A stretch of 64,000 nt of DNA, taken from Octopus vulgaris (Eukaryota). The notes beneath the pieces are model-generated. The model saw only the letters and a list, made by a program, of their open reading frames with translations. It searched no databases and had not been told where the DNA came from. Positions 25,331 to 36,473 of this stretch are shown here, one piece after another. Location: contig OX597827.1 of the NCBI GenBank assembly GCA_951406725.2, positions 71,300,001 through 71,364,000 on the forward strand, in the 5' to 3' direction. How positions within the stretch are numbered: position 1 is the stretch's first letter; every line of letters begins with the position of its first letter. The position numbers were made by a program, and so were the translations under genes.

Positions 25331-25778
25331 CTTTTGTCACCAATTCCAATAACGTCCAGTCCTATACAGATGATAACAACCTATCAGTGCCCCCATCCCA
25401 CTAACATTCCACGCCTGTCACCCTGCAAGCAATCTCAATATGTTTTTTCTTTTTGTGTCGGGGGGGGGGTGCAGTTATAAGGCACCACCTTCAAGGGTTT
25501 TAGTCAAACAAACCAACTCTGGTATTTTTTCTTTCAGTCACATTTGCCCCCAAGGTGCCTCACAGTAGGACTGAGCCCAGAACCATGTGGTTGGGAAGCA
25601 AGCTCCTTACGACACAGCCACTCCTGTGCCTATATATATATATGTTATCATTTAGCATCTGCTTTCCATGCTGGCATGGGCTAGACAGTTTGACTGGAAT
25701 TGGTAAGCCAGAGAGTGGCACCAAGATGTAGTCTGCTTTGGTATGGCTTCTACGGCAGGGTGCCCTTCTTAATGGTGT

Positions 25779-26196
25779 ATGATAAAAATTTCAGATAAGG
25801 TTTTAAACATTCAGACAAGTAAATTCATAATTCAGATGTATGACATGAGGCATTATTCAATTCAAATAACCACATATTTATATTAAGAATCAGATGTTAA
25901 AAATATAGAAATATAAGAATAAAAACATAAAAAATAAAAACCCAAGAATATACAAGGGGTACCACGAAAGTAGAAAATATATTATATATATTTCAATCGC
26001 CTCCTTTAATATATTTTCTACTTTCATGGTACCGCTTATATATTTTTATGTTTTTATTTTTTATGTTTATATTCTTAACATCTGACTCTTAATATAAATA
26101 TGTGGTTATTTGAATGGAATAATAACTCATGTCATACATCGGAATTATGAATTTGCTCATCTGAATGTTTAAGAGAAATATTTGAAATCTTTATCA
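25779..26196. mobile_element. AT-rich palindromic (foldback) element
   Basis: About 190-200-bp imperfect inverted arms with a spacer of about 22 nt near 25985-26006. Confidence 0.85.
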
Positions 26197-26834
26197 TTTT
26201 ATATATATATATATTATTATGGAGATGTACATGCATAGCAAGTGACCTGATCTGAGAGTGTGTGCTGGAATAAAAACAATTGCAGCGTGAAAGGTGTTTA
26301 TAAGCCATTTAAGAAACACACAAAAACCGTTAGGTTCACTTCAACATTTAAATTTAATTTGCAGAAATATTTTCGTCGCTTTCAGACCGTGACCTGTTCA
26401 CTGACAAAATTCCGTGCTACATATACATATATAATGTCTCCAGTTTCTGCCTATTTTACAAGTAAAATGACATTGGTTCCTCAGAAATATCTTGTGACTT
26501 GTCACACCTATTGTTCTCCACTTCCAGACCTTGCACTATCCCTTATGCTGAGTTCTCCAATATATATCACCCCTAAAAAATTCCATCCCTGCACATTTTC
26601 CCAGCATTCGCTGACTTACAACAGTTTAAACAGAACATTAACGGCATCAAGTCACCAAGGATCAGTAAAGGCCATAGACATCACAAGATCAGACCTCCCA
26701 CCACCATTATTATTATTATTATTATTCTAATGTCCATTTTACCATGCTTGCATGGGTCAAACAAAATTTTGATAAAGCAGGTTTTCTACAGCCAGATATT
26801 CTTCCTGTCACCAATAACAACACATACACATGCA

Positions 26835-27485
26835 GCAAAGACCAAAATACTATTAGACAAAAAAGCAGACAAATTACTAATCAACCCTTTCAGGGAAATG
26901 ACTCAGCTTGATATGTAAAATAAGTGAAGGGAGAAATTCTATACAGTTTCCCTAGTGCAAGATATAGGCGCAGGAGTGGCTGTGTGGTAAGTAGCTTGCT
27001 TACGAACCACATGGTTCCGGGTTCAGTCCTACTGCGTGGCACCTTGGGCAAGTGTCTTCTGCAATAGCCTCGGGCCAACCAAAGCCTTGTGAGTGGATTT
27101 GGTAGACGGAAACTGAAAGAAGCCTGTCGTATATATATATATGTATGTGTGTCTGTGTTTGTCCCCCTAGCATTGCTTGACAACCGATGCTGGTGTGTTT
27201 ACGTCCCCGTCACTTAGCAAAAGGACCAATAGAATAAGTACTGGGCTTACAAAGAATAAGTCCCGGGGTCGATTTGCTCGACTAAAGGCGGTGCTCCAGC
27301 ATGGCTGCAGTCAAATGACTGAAACAAGTAAAAGAGTAAAGAATAAAGAGTAAGTGCAGTGGAATCACAGGAAGGTTAACAGAGAAAGTAGTCCTGTGTG
27401 GCAGATGTGCAGCAACTATAAGCTCTGAGATATCCCTAAATGCCCAAGGGGATCCTTAGAGGTAGAAGATAGCTTCCATTATCCT
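26835..27485 (+). mobile_element. RTE-type LINE ORF remnant interrupted by a SINE
   Basis: Fragments AKTKILL, CSGITGRLTEKVVLCGRC and LEVEDSFHY match the KTK..CSG..C..C..LEVVDSFxYLG pattern of RTE ORFs as recalled. Confidence 0.6.
26967..27350 (+). mobile_element. Major tRNA-derived SINE (CORE-like GGCACCTTGGGCAAGTGTCTT block, internal TA/TG microsatellite)
   Basis: Head GGCGCAGGAGTGGCTGTGTGGTAAG...GGTTCAGTCC; near-identical copies near 1, 10826, 19175, 41257, 42762, 49271, 51528, 54032, 54537, 55565, 60617 and 62265. Confidence 0.9.
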
Positions 27486-28110
27486 CGGCAGAATTTGAAC
27501 TCAGAACGTAACGGCAGACAAAATACCACTAAGCATTTTGCTCGGCGTGCTAACGTTTCTTATTTCTTAATTGCCCACAAGGGGCTAAACATAGAGGGGA
27601 CAAACAAGGATAGACAAAGGGATTAAGTCAATTATATCGACCCTAGTGCGTAACTGGTACTTAATTTATCGACCCCAAAAGGATGAAAGGCAAAGTCAAC
27701 CTCAGCAGAATTTGAACTCAGAATGTAATGGCAGACAAAATACCGCTAAGCATTTTGCCCTGCATGCTAATGTTTCTGCCAGCTTGCTGCCTCTCTCTCT
27801 CTCCTTCTGCCTAACTGAGGTAGCCATGTGTCTCCTCTATCACAAGACACCCTATTCATACTCTAACTTTTCATCTGACACATAGCCACGTCCCTCAATA
27901 CGACACCCCACCACCACAGTTGGGGGAATCTCATCTTGTAAGTTACTTGGTGGTGCCACGTAAAAAGCACCCAGTACACTCTGAAGAGGTTGGCCTGATA
28001 TTACATCATGTCAAAACACAGACACAAACATGCAGACAGACAGACAGACAGATAAAATACAGAATATACATATCCCCACTGGAATTCGTAATTAAGGTCT
28101 CTGTATAATG

Positions 28111-28710
28111 AGGCGGCGAGCTGGCAGAATTGTTAGCACGCCGGGCGAAATGCGTAGCCGTATTTCGTCTGCCGTTACGTTCTGGGTTCAAATTCCGCCG
28201 AGGTCGACTTTGCCTTTCATCCTTTCGGGGGTCGATAAATTAAGTACCAGTTACGCACTGGGGTTGATGTAATCGACTTAATCTGTTTGTCTGTCCTTGT
28301 TCGTCCTCTCTGTGTTTGGCCCCTTGTGGGTAGTAAAGAAATAGGTATTTCGTCTGCCGTTACGTTCTGGGTTCAAATTCCACCGAGGTTGACTTTGCCT
28401 TTCATCCTTTCGGGGGTCGATAAATTAAGTACCAGTTACGCACTGGGGTCGATGTAATCGACTTAATCCGTTTGTCTGTCCTTGTTTGTCCCCTCTATGT
28501 TTAGCCCCTTGTGGGTAGTAAAGAAATAGGTATTTCATCTGCCATTACGTTCTGTGTTCAAATTCCGCCGAGGTCGACTTTGCCTTTCATCCTTTCGGGG
28601 TCGATAAATTAAGTACCAGTTACGCTCTGGGGTCGATGTAATCGACTTAATCCGTTTGTCTGTCCCTGTTCGTCCTCTGTGTTTAACCCCTTGTGGATAG
28701 TAAAGAAATA
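28111..28710 (+). mobile_element. MetaSINE-like element, trimeric copy
   Basis: Head GGCGGCGAGCTGGCAGAA, then three units of about 184 bp containing GTCGACTTTGCCTTTCATCCTTTCGGGGTCGATAAATTAAGTACCAG (Meta-domain-like); TATAATGAG target-site duplication. Many other copies in the window. Confidence 0.85.
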
Positions 28711-28914
28711 TATAATGAGACGGTTAGGGTTAAGGGTGGGGCATTTAGGTGGCGTGGGGACGATTGTATGTGAAGAAGGAATAGACAGCAATTATTTTCA
28801 CAGGAATAGCAGTAAGTCAATACCTTACAAAAGGAGTGGTCTGATGAGAAAGCTTTTAGTCAAAACCAAAGAGGGTGAGAGAGAGAGAGAGGAGAGAGAG
28901 GAGGAGAGAGAGAG

Positions 28915-28959
<45 letters not shown>

Positions 28960-29189
28960 GAGGAGAGAGAAAGGGGGGGATAGAGTGAGAGTCCATACAG
29001 GTGTAGCTTTTTAGGCGGGTCTCAAGCAGGATTTAATTTTAAAAGATTTTTTTCACCAAACTTCATACAACTTAATTATTACATATATAATACATATGAG
29101 ATGCCTACCTGAAATCTTGAGACTCGCTTTTAGGGGAGGTAGTTATAACTGCCCTACATTATTTAGATTATATTGTGTCATTACTATAC

Positions 29190-30690
29190 ACCAGACAAGC
29201 TGACCTGTCAACGTTTGTTATTTGAGATTGAAGATAAAACAGTAGTAACAGCTCTTTGAACACACCTTACTGTGCTGTTTGTCACACCTGACTAGTTTCA
29301 AGAGTGCAATCAGGACGTGAAGACATCTTGGAAGCCCACTATGCAGTAAAGTTTTGTGTTAAACTGGGTAAAAATGCTACATAAACTTATGAAATGCCTC
29401 AGACTAAGGGTAAACTTGTATGAGCCAAGAAACTGCTTTGCACTGACACAAAAGGTTCAAGGAAGGTAGAGGTGAGAGACCATGAGAGATGTGGGGGTGA
29501 GAGAGGAATTAGAACATCAGAGGTGGTTGAGAAAATTCACAATTTTCTGAATAAAGACCATTGTGTATCTATTGGGTCAGATCATAATACGGTTTTTTTT
29601 ATACTTCTCTTCATCATCATCATCATTGTTTAACGTCCGTTTTACATGCTGGCATGAGTTGGACGGTTTGACTGAGGACTGGCAAGCCAGTAGGCTGCAC
29701 AGGACCCAAATCTGATCTGGTGAGGTTTCTACAGCTGGATGCCCTTCCTAATGCCAACCACTCCGAGAGTGTAGTGGGTGCTTTTTATGTGCCACTGGTA
29801 CGGGAGGCAGCTCTGGCATCGACCACATTGGGATAAAGTTCTCTTTTAATCTAAAATATACTCCCCTTCATTTTCTAGAAAGCTCTTCCATCTATCTGGT
29901 AGACTGGCCCCTCTTCCAAAATTCATTTGTCTGTCATGAAAAATACTCCTCCAGTACAGTTCTGATTTCATCTACAGAATTCATATTTTTCCCATCCAAA
30001 AGATTTTGAAGACTGTGGAATAAATGATAATCAGATGGGACAATGTCCAGCAAATATGGTGAGTGGGGCATCGTTTCCTATTCAAACTGTTCCAGCCTTT
30101 GGAATGTCATCCTTGCTGTATGTGTCTGAGTATTATCCTGATGGAAGAACACTTTTCGTCTTGAAAGCAAAAATGGTTGTAATTTCTTCTTGCGCTGACT
30201 TAAGCCGCTCAAGCTGCTTATAGCAGATCTCCTTTGTTATCGTTTGGCTTGGGTTTAAAAGTCCAAAGTAGATAAAACCTTTCATATCTCACCAAACAGA
30301 TAACAACACCTTATGTGGGTGAAGACCTTCTTTAACCTAGGGTGCCAGTGTTTCTCCTTTCTGTACCCACGGTCTTCAGCGCTTGACATTTTTATGGAGA
30401 ACCCATTATAGCATGTTGATGCAAGGAGTTTGTCCCACCCACCTCTGACTTTTAGTGCATGCAATTGAAAAAAAAACGAATTATTTATGGACTGATCCAA
30501 TACAAAGACGATAAACATGCAGTTTGGAGTTGGTGTGGCAACTGTACACAGAATTATTAATGAAGATCTGAACGTGTGCAAAATTTGTTCTCCGGGCGCT
30601 CAGAGACGAACAGAAAAGAAAACGTGTTGGTGACGGCAGGGAGAAGGTTGAGCTCAATACCTCAAATCTAGTGACCTGTGACGAGAGCCG
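29190..30690 (+). mobile_element. Degenerate mariner transposon (host, N-terminal half of the transposase)
   Basis: YAVKFCVKLGKNA..HKRFKEGR..EKIHNFLNKDHCVS continues after an insertion as TKTINMQFGVGVATVHRIINEDL..LVTCDES. Outer boundaries are approximate. Confidence 0.8.
29572..30500 (-). mobile_element. Internally deleted mariner nested in the host mariner
   Basis: TA duplication, TTGG(G/A)TCAG..CATAA terminal repeats; minus-strand FHQDNTQTHT and HSPYLLDIVPSDYHLFHSLQN motifs (DD34D type). Confidence 0.85.
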
Positions 30691-31366
30691 AACACAGTAA
30701 TTTCGAGGGAAGAGGCATGTCGGTTACATCGACTCCAGTACTTGACTGATACTTATTTTATCGACCTCAAAACGATGAAAAGTTAAAGTCGACTTTGGCG
30801 GAATTTGAATTTCGAACGTATACCTATAGAAATGCCGCTAAACATTTCGTCCGGTTTGCTAGCAAGCAATTCCACTAGCTCTCCACCTTTGAGTAAAAAT
30901 ATCAGAATAGTGTGACAAAAGATGTCATTTTTATAGAGATTTAGCTGCTACTTCTAGTGAGTTGAGTGACCGCATAAAGACTCCATTTGTGGAATGAAGA
31001 CAAAAGGGTTCGCGCTTGGCGTCTGCTGCTGGTTCGTGCTGAAGTAAATGTCGTCACCTTGTGTTATAGAAAACCCGATATTATTTCGTTTGAAATATAT
31101 AATTTTGTATATATATATATATATATACTGCTGCTGTAAACCCATAAAAAATATTTAAAAGCATATTTAGCTTTTTCAATGAAAACTAAACAAAAATAGC
31201 ATCAACTATTTTATTTAACGAGAAACACAACTGTATCCGGCAGTAAACATTTTTTAAAAATTCCTATGTAGTCACTAAAAACAGTTGGTTACAGTTGCTA
31301 TTTTTAAATTACTAGCTAGCTTTTAAACCAGCAGATTTCACAGAAAATTACACCACACACACACAC

Positions 31367-31411
<45 letters not shown>

Positions 31412-31431
31412 GAGATAAATTAGCTATTGCA

Positions 31432-31584
31432 GGTCAACGATGTTACCCTATGTTTCACGCCCATAAAGCGCTTAGCTCTACAGCGTTTCTTCAGACCCCA
31501 AATCCGTGGGGGCCAACGGATTTAGTTGTCTGAAGAAACGCTAAGAGCTTTATGGACGTGAAACCCAGGGCAACCCCATTGACC
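31432..31584. repeat. Inverted repeat with hammerhead-like motifs (Penelope-like remnant)
   Basis: About 75-bp imperfect arms; each strand carries CTGAAGA...GTGAAAC. Confidence 0.6.
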
Positions 31585-31687
31585 GGCCACATCTATGGTT
31601 TTCTTATACTCTTCTGCTCTCTCACTTAGACGGTGCTTCATTTCCGGGTTTATGTTTTACTGACGATCCAATATATATATATATATA

Positions 31688-31972
31688 TCTTTATATATAA
31701 AAGTAAGGTTGTGTGTCTGTCTCCTACGATTTAGATTCCTAACTACTCCCACATTTTGCGGTGCAGTGTAACCAAAACCGGGTATCTTATAGTCGTGATT
31801 CATATCGAGCCCTTCTGGGTATTAGCGCGCGTCTACGATGAGTCTACGATTTAAAAAAAAATTTACCATAATTTTTTTCCATTTTTAATGCATTTTTTGG
31901 CTATAACTCTCTAAAAATGCTTATATAGTTATTTCCCTTACAAACCGGAGCAACGCCGGGCGATACTGCTAG
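31688..31972 (+). mobile_element. Non-autonomous Helitron
   Basis: A|TC start, 3' CGCCGGGCG hairpin and CTAG|T end, inserted in a TA run. Confidence 0.85.
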
Positions 31973-32009
<37 letters not shown>

Positions 32010-32223
32010 CGTCGATTTTTACAATTCTGTAAATAACGAATATAGTGTTTTATAAGCTTAAAGCTTAAAAGCGATCACCGTTCAATGACTAAAGAATTGC
32101 ACGGTGATCACTTATAACCTTTAAGCTTATGAAATTATAAAATACTATTATTATTATTTACATATATGAATAATCCTATTTCCCTAATATCGAGGTCTCA
32201 TTCTTTTGTTGTTAGATTTTATC

Positions 32224-32259
<36 letters not shown>

Positions 32260-32597
32260 TGTGTGTGTATGTATGTTTGTGTATGTGTGTGAATGCGTTT
32301 AAGTTCTAGTATGTAGGAAAGTGTTAAAAATAGATGCACACAAATGTGTGTGTTTATGTGTATATGTATGCAGAAAGGTGTTAAACATAGATGCACACAC
32401 AATGTGTGTGTATATGTGTGTCTGAAATACTGATAACAACAAACACAAGCGAAATTAGATTCAAATGTATGTTTAATGGCAAATTAATAAATTGCTGTGA
32501 TGTAAATAACAGAGAGTAAAGGCAGTTCATCATCACCAGATGAACTGCTACGAATGCAGTGATACAATAGGTGTGCAAAAAGGATCGTTGGGCTTAC

Positions 32598-32629
32598 CTG
32601 GAATTGAGACATCTTCGTTTGAACGCCAT
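32598..32629 (-). CDS. SLF2: SLF2/FAM178-like gene, exon 1 (MAFKRRCLNS)
   Basis: AAAATATGGCG start context (YY1-like), strong donor AG|GTAAGC; ends phase 2, matching the next exon. Confidence 0.65.
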
Positions 32630-33270
32630 ATTTTGAACGAGTGGGAAAAATAAGGAAGTTAAAACACATTTTTAAACAGGGACAAAATTCCGTGTGACAC
32701 CGGACGGATTGCATATAAAAGCTAAAATGTTGTTGACAACTTTGGCGGAAAGAAATATTCAATCGTAGATATTCTGTAATGTGCAAAATAAATGAATGAA
32801 TTAATAAAACTCATGTAGAATTTATTGTAATTTCTTATTAAGGTATTTACTCAATATTTAGTTTGGGATATTTCGATTTGCTTATGGTTTTAGAATTTTA
32901 AAAAGTATCTTTCCTAGTTGATGGCTTGATTTCGTCATTCATAACTTCCGCTTCACACATTTTGGATTTTAACCGGACCCTATCACTTTGTATAAAGAAT
33001 ATTTACTTCATTTTAGTACATGTACATTAAAGTAGAATTCTGGATATCATTGGCTTTTTTAAGTCATTTTATTACCAGATATACCAATTATTTATTTCTA
33101 AGAATAAGCGTTGGTTTACAAGAAGCGTAGACTGTCGAACAGAATGACTGCAGCACTTAGTTATGTCCCTTTACATTCTGAGTTCAAATCCCGCCCGAGT
33201 CAATTCTTCTGAACTTTGATTCCAAAATTTTTATTTTTTACTTGTTTCAGTGGCGCACATGGCGGAAACG
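32630..33270 (-). promoter_or_regulatory. Probable SLF2 5' UTR/promoter region
   Basis: SINE-poor, relatively CpG-retaining DNA upstream of exon 1, with an ETS-like ACTTCCG near 32944 and a YY1-like CATGGCGG near 33258. The transcription start is not determinable. Confidence 0.4.
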
Positions 33271-33889
33271 TAAACGGACTCCCCCTCCCCCCACACACAC
33301 GCCTTATTATTATTTTTTTTTACGGAATCCCACATTTTCGGCTATGGAAATTCCGATTCTGAAAACAAATTGTCAAAAATCGCAACTTTCAATCCCCCAC
33401 CGCACATTTCTTTATTTTCCGCCTTGCAGGGTCTTTTTTTATAAAAATTTAGTCGAATAAATTGGCGCCAGTACTTATGTTTTTGAAAGCCTATTGACCT
33501 CTTTTGTCAAAGTTTAAAGGGTGTAAAGAAATCAAGCGGTGGTGAAGGACAAACACATACAGATTCACACACACCCACTCTCAGATGCGACGAACTTTTT
33601 TCAGCTTTCGTCAACGAAATCCATGTCGCCTTGGTTCTCTCCAAGAGTTGTAGTTCACCAATGCAAGCGTTTAAGTGTGTATGTTTCTGAATAAAGTTAG
33701 TATTTTTTGCGGCGTGCTCATGGAGAAGAGAGGACCCGCCTCAGTCATTAAGAAAGTGAAAATAAGACAATTTTGGATTTGAAATAATGTGTAATTCATT
33801 TCGGTATAATTCGATTTATTATTTAAAATGTTTTATGGATGTTTTGCCAAACATTCAGAGTTTTGTTGCTGCATGTTCATCTCTAAAGA

Positions 33890-34230
33890 AGAAGAATGTT
33901 CTTTACATTATATAAGCGCAGATTGAAGAGTATGGTGGGAGTACAAACAAATATGATTGAATCCCATCAAGATGAGTTTCTTTGGAGGGAAAAATATTGG
34001 AAAACCAGGGATGAATGTTTTCAGAACATTCTAAACATCTTTCGGAATAGTTTATTTTTGAAAAACATTTTATTTCATTTTCAAAATTTGGGTACGCTCT
34101 TCTTCATGAGTGCCTTTTCTGGTTTTTTTTTTTTTTTAAGTAGTTAGATGGGCCTCTATCTGTTATAAAATGGAGTGTATGACAAAATCCCCATAGTAAT
34201 AGTGTGAAAGTGGACAAAAGCCCCACGGTT
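33890..34230 (+). mobile_element. Merlin/IS1595-like transposase C-terminal remnant
   Basis: YKRRLKSMVGV..IESHQDEFLWREKY..FQNIL matches the recalled ISXO2-like K..G..LDEFxWR..FxxIL pattern; GACAAAA(T/G)CCCC repeats follow. Confidence 0.6.
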
Positions 34231-35472
34231 ATATTTTGCGATTATTTTTTCACCTGGGACACCCCATTGAAGAATTTTTAGTCGAATGCAACAACCCCCA
34301 AATTTTTTCAAAGGATTTTCAACCAGCGCATGAAGCTAAGCCTAGAAGGTATCTCCACATGCTAGAAATAACAGCCAAATCTCTTGAAATTTTTTTATAA
34401 TCCCTCGGGGTTTTTTAAAAATATTTTTTAAAAATCATTTTACTTATTTCAGTCATTGGACTGCGGCCATGCTAAGGTACCAGCTTGAAGAATTTTTGGT
34501 CGCAGAAAAATCAGCATTTTAAAATATATATTTAAAGTCTTTTGTTTTCTTCTCTCAGCACTTACAGATTAATGAGAATAAGTTGTAAGACATGTGTAAT
34601 ATTTAGTTTCATTTTATGTGTGTATATATAGTCATTCAAACGTATTTCTTATCGTTTTTATGTTTCTACACATTTCTTGAAGCAATTTTTCCCCTTTTGT
34701 TAGAATTCAGACAATATGTACATTGAGTAGTAAAGGGTCTCGTGTTCTGTTTATTCTATTATTGATGTTAAAGATTGATTTATTTTCATTTTCAAACTTT
34801 AAAATTACTCTAAAAAAGAGGAAAATAATTGAAACACACGGAACATACCACTGTGAGTGACATAGATGTTTTGACACCGTTTTTCGATTGAATATATTTT
34901 GTTTACTTAAAAATTAGAATTTTAGAAAATTATTTTTTTTATTACTGCGATTTCCGTTTTTGTTTACGTGAAATTATATATATAAAAAAGAAGATTTGTA
35001 AGATTTGACTGTTATTTCTAGCATGTGGAGACACCTATGCTTGACTTTATCTGCTGGTTGAAAATCGCCTAAAAAGAATTCTGGGGTCGATACATTCGAC
35101 TAAAAATTCTTCAAGGCGGTGACCCAGCATGGCCGCAGTCCAGTGACTGAAACAAGTAAAAAGATTTTTAGAAGATAAAAAAATAAAAACGAAGAATAAC
35201 CAAAATATATAACCGAGGTAGCAGGGAGGGGGGGGGGGCTATAGAGAATTTCAAGAGATTTAGCTGTTATTTCTAGCATGTCGAGAGACCTTCTAGGCTT
35301 AACTTCATGTGCTGGCTGAAAAATCGTCATAAAAAAAAAATTCTGGGGTCGATACAATCGACTAAAAATTCCTCAAAGTAGTCCCCCAGCATGGTCGCAG
35401 TTTAATAACTGCAACAAGTAAAAACAAAAACAAAAATGAATTATATCACAGAAGTTTGTTTTGATCAAGCTC

Positions 35473-35545
35473 GCCTGCATAGCTCAGTCGGTAGAGCATC
35501 AGACTTTTAATCCGAGGGTCACGGGTTCGTGTCCCTCTGCAGGTG
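35473..35545 (+). tRNA. tRNA-Lys(TTT), structurally degenerate (possible pseudogene)
   Basis: 73 nt GCCTGCATAGCTCAGTCGGTAGAGCATCAGACTTTTAATCCGAGGGTC...; acceptor and D stems intact; one anticodon-stem mismatch, two T-stem mismatches, A58 replaced by T; TTTT about 10 nt downstream. Confidence 0.85.
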
Positions 35546-36059
35546 TATAATTATTTTAGGTGGCAAGCTAACAGAAATTGTTTTGGTATGGTTACTACCG
35601 CCGGATGTCCTTCCTAATGTCAACCACTTTACAGTATACTGGGTGTATTTTATGTAGTACTGGCTCAGGTGCCTGTACGTGACACAGAAGTGCCTTTTAT
35701 GTGGCACTGGCACAATATATCATCATCATCATCTTCGTTTAGCGTCCGCTTTCCATGCTAGCATGGGTTGGACAGTTCAACTGGGGTCTGGGAAGCCAGA
35801 AGGCTGCACCAGGCCCATTCTGATCTGGCAATGTTTCTACGGCTGGATGCCCTCCCTAACACCAACCACTCCATGAGTGTAGTGGGTGCTTTTTACGTGT
35901 CACCGGCACAAGTGCCAGACGAGGCTGGCAAACGGCCACGATCGGATGGTGCTTTTTACGTGCCACCGGCACATTCTCATTGAATCTTCTGTGCATCAAC
36001 ACGTACCTCCTTGCAACTATGTAACCTTTAATTTAATCAAGATACCCTTGGCCTGAAGA

Positions 36060-36473
36060 AGTGGCGAGCTGGCAGAAATGTTAGCACGCCGGACGAAATG
36101 CTTAGTAGTATTTCGTCTGCCGCTACGTTCTGAGTTCAAATTCCACCGAGGTCAACTTTGCCTTTCATCCTTTCAGGGTCGATAAATTAAGTACTAGTTA
36201 TGCTCTGGGGTCGATGTAATCGACTTAATCCCTTTGTCTGTCCTTGTTTGTCCCCTCTATGTTTAGCCCCTTGTGGGTGGTAAAGAAATAGGTATTTCGT
36301 CTGCCGTTACGTTCTGAGTTCAAATTCCACCGAGGTCAACTTTGCTTTTCATCCTTTCGGGGTCGATAAATTAAGTACCAGTTATGCTCTGGGGTCGATG
36401 TAATCGACTTAATCCCTTTGTCTCTCCTTGTTTGTCTCCTCTATGTTTAGCCTCTTGTGAGCAATAAAGAATT
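36060..36473 (+). mobile_element. MetaSINE-like element, dimeric copy with a 21-bp target-site duplication
   Basis: One head and two body units; AAGATACCCTTGGCCTGAAGA at 36039-36059 and 36474-36494. Confidence 0.9.

Noticed and set aside
26967-27040. tRNA-like heads of SINEs as tRNA genes
   Set aside because: A/B boxes present but no full cloverleaf; they continue into multi-copy SINE bodies.
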